In this document: one piece after another, positions 56,791 through 64,000 of the stretch
Layout: the number at the start of each line of letters is the position of its first letter
Position numbering within the stretch: the first letter of the stretch is position 1
NCBI GenBank assembly: GCA_951406725.2
Contig: OX597828.1
Span: 45,756,001 to 45,820,000 of the forward strand
Length of the DNA stretch: 64,000 nucleotides
DNA from: Octopus vulgaris
Lineage: Eukaryota
Direction: 5' to 3'
Notes under the pieces: model-generated
Database searches by the model: none
Seen by the model: only the letters and a program-made list of their open reading frames with translations
What the model was told of the DNA's origin: nothing
Program-made: the position numbers and the translations under genes

Positions 56791-57196
56791 GTGATGGTGA
56801 TGATGATGATAGCGAGGATGATGATGATGGATGCGGTGGTGGTGGTGGTGGTGGTGGTGGTGGTGGTGGTGATGGTGATGGTGGTGTTGGTGGTAGTGAT
56901 GTTGATGCTGGTGATGATGATAATGATGATGGCCACAACGATGACGCAGGTAATAGTGAGGTTGTTGAGGACGATGATGATGATGGTGGTGGTGGTGGTT
57001 GTGGTGGTGGTGGTGGTGGTAGTGATCTTAATGACGATAGCAATAAAAAAAAAACGACAACTACAAGAATAATGATGACGATATCTGCGAGAATGGTGAT
57101 GGTTAAGAGATTGGTGATCACCAAGAAATTGAGATGACGAGAATGACCTAGATGATGATGATAATGAGCATGATGACGACGACGACGACGACGACG

Positions 57197-57237
<41 letters not shown>

Positions 57238-57357
57238 GATGAAGATGATGACGATGATGATGATAATGATGATCATGATGAGGAAGATGATGATCATGAT
57301 GGTGATGATGATGATAATGAGGATGAGGATGAAGATGACGACGACGACGACGACGAC

Positions 57358-57390
<33 letters not shown>

Positions 57391-57473
57391 GATGATGATC
57401 ATGATGGTGATGATGATGATGGTGATGATGACGATAATTAGGATGATGATGACGACGACGACGATGATGATGG

Positions 57474-57504
<31 letters not shown>

Positions 57505-57670
57505 GTTGGTGATGATGATGATGATGATGATAATGATCATGATGATCATGATGGTGATGATGACGATAATGAGGATGATGATGACGACGACGACGACGAC
57601 AACGATGATGATGATGATTATGATGATGATGATGATGATATTGATGATGGTGATCATCATCATCATCAAT
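56365..57670. repeat. ~1.3-kb compound trinucleotide tract (GAT/GAC/GGT/GCT)n
   Basis: Directly visible. Confidence 0.95.
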
Positions 57671-57846
57671 GTCCCGTGGAAAACGGACATCCGGTAAAGG
57701 GTTTGTTTTGATTCTACAAAACGCAGGAACAGGAAGGTTTCAAGACAACAGTGGCTTCAGGGAAAGAGACGAGAAAATGTTAGGGGAATGTGAATAAGTG
57801 TATATGTGCGTGTACGCATGCGTATATGTATGTATGCATGTATATA

Positions 57847-57911
<65 letters not shown>

Positions 57912-57984
57912 CATATATATATTCACACGCACACATTTATATGAATGTTTGTATGTACATATATATATATATATATATACATAC

Positions 57985-58038
<54 letters not shown>

Positions 58039-58161
58039 CACAAACACATACTGATATACTTTATATATGTGTGTATATTTATATGCATGCATTACGTCTG
58101 TGTGTGTGTAATTCCGTGTATGCTTCTATATACGTATATATATATGTGAATGTGTATATAC

Positions 58162-58193
<32 letters not shown>

Positions 58194-58203
<10 letters not shown>

Positions 58204-58542
58204 ATTTAGGAATGGTCAATTTGCCAGTTTAGCCAATAAAAACACACGCACTATATATTTGGTGTTACTTTGCTTCAGCGTTATTTATTTTTTACTTTAA
58301 TCTTAATCTTATTTCGGCCAGAGTTCTTTTGTCACGCTCCTGTGACCTCATCAGTGGTCCTTTGCTTTCTTCTTTCTTATTTGTGTGTTTCTCCTTACGT
58401 GTGACGTAAGAACTCTGGCCGAAATAAGATTAAGATTAATGTAAAAAATAAATAACGATGAAGCAAAGTAACACCAAGTTTATAGTGCGTGTGTTTTTAT
58501 TGGCTAAACTGGCAAAATGACCATTCCTAAATACAACAATAT
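58194..58542. repeat. ~135-bp inverted repeat pair overlapping a minus-strand hammerhead motif (58316-58360)
   Basis: Arms 58194-58328 and 58408-58542; motif ggacca CUGAUGA g gucac-aggagc-gugac AAAA gaac UC uggcc (the other arm has GUAA at this position, so GAAA is the inferred ancestral box). Confidence 0.75.
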
Positions 58543-58626
58543 CTGTTTCAACACACGGTTTCACATCAAAAATCTTGCAAAACAAATATATAAACGTAAT
58601 ATATATATATAAAATATATATATGTA

Positions 58627-58708
<82 letters not shown>

Positions 58709-59956
58709 CATACATACATACATACATACATACATGTATGAATACATATATGTGCGTGTGTGTATGTATGCATACATGCATATATGTATTTATATGTATA
58801 TGTATATATATATGTATATATAGATATATTTACATATAGATGTATATATAAATACATATATGTGTTTAAATGTGTATGTGTGTGTATGTCTGTTTACATG
58901 CATATATACATATATACATACACACACGCACACATATTTAAACCTATTGCCTGCCATGTGATTTGAAAACAAGTATCAAAATGGTGTATTTTTTCAATAT
59001 TCGGTCCCGTCGTCCTTGACAAATTTCTTGATAAAACACACAGACACAGCCATACTGTCATACATATAAGCACACAAATAAACATTAACACACACACACA
59101 ACACACACACATACATCAAAACACACACACAGATAATTTCAAACACTTATAAGCATACACATATACATTACCAGATATACTTACACACCCGTTCAAACAC
59201 TTATACGCACGCATATATACGCAAATGAACAGGTTAACTTATATTCGAAAGAAGCTCTGCAAGATACCCTACTGCGGGTATTGTGTTTCCGAGCAGGAAA
59301 TCGGCAATGGAGCGGCGTAGAAAGGGATCGATCAACGTCAGATGTATTTTTCCCTCGGGGCGTTACTCTTAGCTGTAAGGGTAGTATGAAGCTATGATGT
59401 GCTTGTAGGTAAACCGAGCTGTTATTCATTAAATATCTTGTGCTGTTAGATTTCTGCTGGGTTTAACAAGTAGTCCATACATGAACCATTTTTGAAACTC
59501 GACTCTGATTACGCATGTTTCAAAGTTAATAATTCGCTTATTCTTTCATTCTTTTATTCTCGTTTCAGTCCTTTGACTGTGGCCATGCTGGTGTACTGCC
59601 TTAAAGGTTTTTGTTTTTTTTTAGTGGAAGAGATCGACCCCAGTATTTATACACTGTAAGCCCAGTACTTATTCTATCGGTCTCTCTTGCTGAACCGTTA
59701 AGTTATAGGTACTTAAACACACCCACATCGGTTGTGAAGTGATGGCGGTGGGGAGACAAGGACACAAAGACACACACACACACTCATAAATATACACATA
59801 TATATATATATATATATTTATATATACATTATATACACATAATATATACATAGATACACACATACACACACACACATATATATACATATATAAATTTCTT
59901 TCTGTAATGAGATAAAAGACCAAGGCTGTGTAGATTTTGCAACATATATAAATAGA

Positions 59957-60050
59957 TCTTACAGCTGGTTTTAGGATATTTGTTATATCCCTTCATCGGA
60001 AACAGTGTGATGAAGGGATATAATAGATATCCTAGAAACAGCTGTAAGAC
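59957..60050. repeat. Back-to-back inverted pair of hammerhead-like motifs
   Basis: Arms 59957-59997 and 60009-60049: gatgaagggata...tatcctagaaacagctgtaaga and its near reverse complement. Confidence 0.75.
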
Positions 60051-60521
60051 ATTATATTTAATAATACCATCAATTTAACACCAAGTGGCTTAGCACAAAA
60101 AATTACGGAGAAAATACAAATTTTTCACCCTCATTTATAATTTTATAAATTTAACCAAGCGGCAGTTAATATTTTATTTGATGCGGCATACGTTTCCAAT
60201 GGAGTCTAGGCATGCTTTTGGCGCGGAATTTGAGACATAACTAAAAATGTAATTGGTTGGACCGCTCGTGTTTTTGACGCTCGAATCGATCTAATTAATT
60301 GCATTTCTGACAAACTCTACCGAAGATTTATGGATGCAAGTGTAAGTAAAACTACATATTGCATTAGTAATGAAACAATTGTATAGAGTCAATCTATTTT
60401 ATTCGTTGTATTTCACTTTCCTTCAGTTAAATGTGTGTTGATTCTAGTTGGAAACGGATCTTCTGTGGTTGCTTCGGAGCTATTTTTAGCACTAGAGTTA
60501 TCCACATAGTGGATAACTCTC

Positions 60522-62265
<1,744 letters not shown>

Positions 62266-62357
62266 AAACTGCATGGATGATAATATTGTACTAAATTCTG
62301 GTGCCTCAACTTAAGTACCTAATTCATCTGAATCTAAATTTTTGCTTAACTCGTCAA

Positions 62358-62422
<65 letters not shown>

Positions 62423-62423
62423 A

Positions 62424-62640
62424 AACAGCAGGGTGTTGAAAAGTTCCTGACTTTGGGTAAAAAATACAGGAGGACCAGTTAATTGTGATGTTATTCAAAA
62501 TATTCCCCTCTCAGATTTACTTATTGGAGCAGTCTTTCAATTTTTCTATGACCTGTAAAAGAGCTTAAGAGGTTGGGCCTCCAATCAGGCCTTTCGCGAT
62601 ACTCTTAAAGCCAGGGACTTTCCAGAACACCTTCGGGTAT
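62424..62640. mobile_element. Mariner-type MITE
   Basis: TIRs gggtgttgaaaagttcctgacttt ... aaagccagggactttccagaacacc, flanked by TA repeats. Confidence 0.7.
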
Positions 62641-62785
62641 ATATATATAGTTGCCGCTTGCCTATTCGCTCACATGGCATCAGTGGTCCCGGAGCTATAG
62701 TCGGAGACACTTGCTCAAAGTACCGCTAAATGGGTCTGAACCTGAATCCACTTGTCAACCACACAGACATTATACATACTCTCTC

Positions 62786-63205
62786 TCTTTTACTCTTTTA
62801 CTTGTTTTAGTCATTTTGACTGCGGCCATGCTGGAGCACCGCCTTTAGTCGAGCAAATCGACCCCGGGACTTATTCTTTGTAAGCCCAGTACTTATTCTA
62901 TCGGTCTCTTTTGCCGAACCGCTAAGTGACGGGGACGTAAACACACCAGCCTCGGTTGTCAAGCAATGCTAGGGGGACAAACACACACACACACAAACAC
63001 ACACACACATACACATATATACATATATATATACATATATACGACAGGCTTCTTTCAGTTTCCGTCTACCAAATCCACTCACAAGGCATTGGTCGGCCCG
63101 GGGCTATAGCAGAAGACACTTGCCCAAGATGCCACGCAGTGGGACTGAACCCGTAACCATGTGGTTGGTTAGCAAGCTACTTACCACACAGCCACTCCTG
63201 TGCCT
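62786..63205 (-). mobile_element. Full-length, well-preserved SINE family A
   Basis: Closely matches 16946-17368. Confidence 0.92.
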
Positions 63206-63504
63206 ATATATATTGTATATATACATGTATATATTTTTGTATATATATACATGTATATATACATGTATATATTTTTGTTACACTTTTATTTTATCTCTTT
63301 GTTTTAGTCATTTAATGGGGTTAACCATGCGACAACCCCTTCGATATCGTCGTACATTTAGACTTTGAATTTATTTAACGATCCGAGAAGAATATAATGC
63401 AAAAATTAACGTCCACGAGATTTGAACGCAGAGCTACATAATAACACACCAGCCAATGAAGCAGCTTCTACATAGCTAGAAATATCATTCAACTTTTCCT
63501 CACA

Positions 63505-63720
63505 TAATCCTTTTTTATGCACAAGGCCTGAAAGTTTGGATGTGTGGGGTCTAGTCGATTACATCGGTTCCAGTAATCAACTGGTACTTATTTTATCAAC
63601 CCCGAAAGGATGAAAGGCAAAGTTGACCACGGCGGAATTTGAAATCAGAACATTAAGATGGACGAAATGCTGCTAAGTATTTTTCCTGGCGCAGTAACGA
63701 TTCTGCCAGCACACTGCCTT
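63505..63720 (-). mobile_element. SINE family B (tail type 2)
   Basis: gcacaaggcctgaaa...ctggtacttattttatcaaccccgaaaggatgaaaggcaaagttgacc. Confidence 0.85.
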
Positions 63721-64000
63721 TTAACTGCTCAAATAATACCATACCGAACTAAAGGTTTAACAATATTTTAGCTAAAGAATGCCTAGTTTCATTTATTAAG
63801 AGATCATTGTTGTTTAAACCAGTGCAGCCTGATTCGGTAAACATCATTTCAAACGCGATTCAGCCATGACCATCTCTTCATATTTTCAGATATAATGCAT
63901 CAAGGCTCACATTATCCAATGTGTCAATTCTTATTCTTTTCATTTTTGTTTTGTCTTTTTGAAAAAATAAAAACAAAAAAAATGATAGTTGACTGGGTTT

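Noticed and set aside
56365-57697. Poly-M, poly-I, poly-D or poly-S/P ORFs
   Set aside because: Trinucleotide tract; the acidic frame contains stops and has no start or splice context.
60494-60520. 12-bp perfect hairpin containing TTATCCACA (DnaA box)
   Set aside because: Eukaryotic repeat context with no bacterial features; treated as a chance match in a small inverted duplication.

Overview
AT-rich, microsatellite-saturated animal DNA that is intergenic or intronic. The repeat families match what I recall from octopus genomes; this is an unverified inference. I found no intact host protein-coding gene, and nearly all ORFs in the track are translations of (TA)n, (CA)n, (TACA)n or trinucleotide repeats. 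The window holds three tRNA-derived SINE families (my labels A, B, C), decayed LINEs (two CR1-group, one Tx1/L1-like, one RTE with C2H2-finger remnants), two mariner relics, several MITEs and two copies of a ~580-bp RTE-like non-autonomous element. Three observations stand out. (1) A full-length U6 snRNA copy is fused to a full-length tRNA-SINE, with a 12-bp target-site duplication around both (3889-4294). (2) About ten minimal type-I hammerhead-ribozyme-like motifs from several families occur, most with a palindromic stem III and several inside inverted duplications typical of Penelope-like elements. One sits behind a tRNA-like Pol III head (9762-10115), and a very decayed Penelope-like RT lies at about 60.6-62.3 kb. 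(3) Two SINE 3' tails match the 3' ends of LINE relics in the same window.
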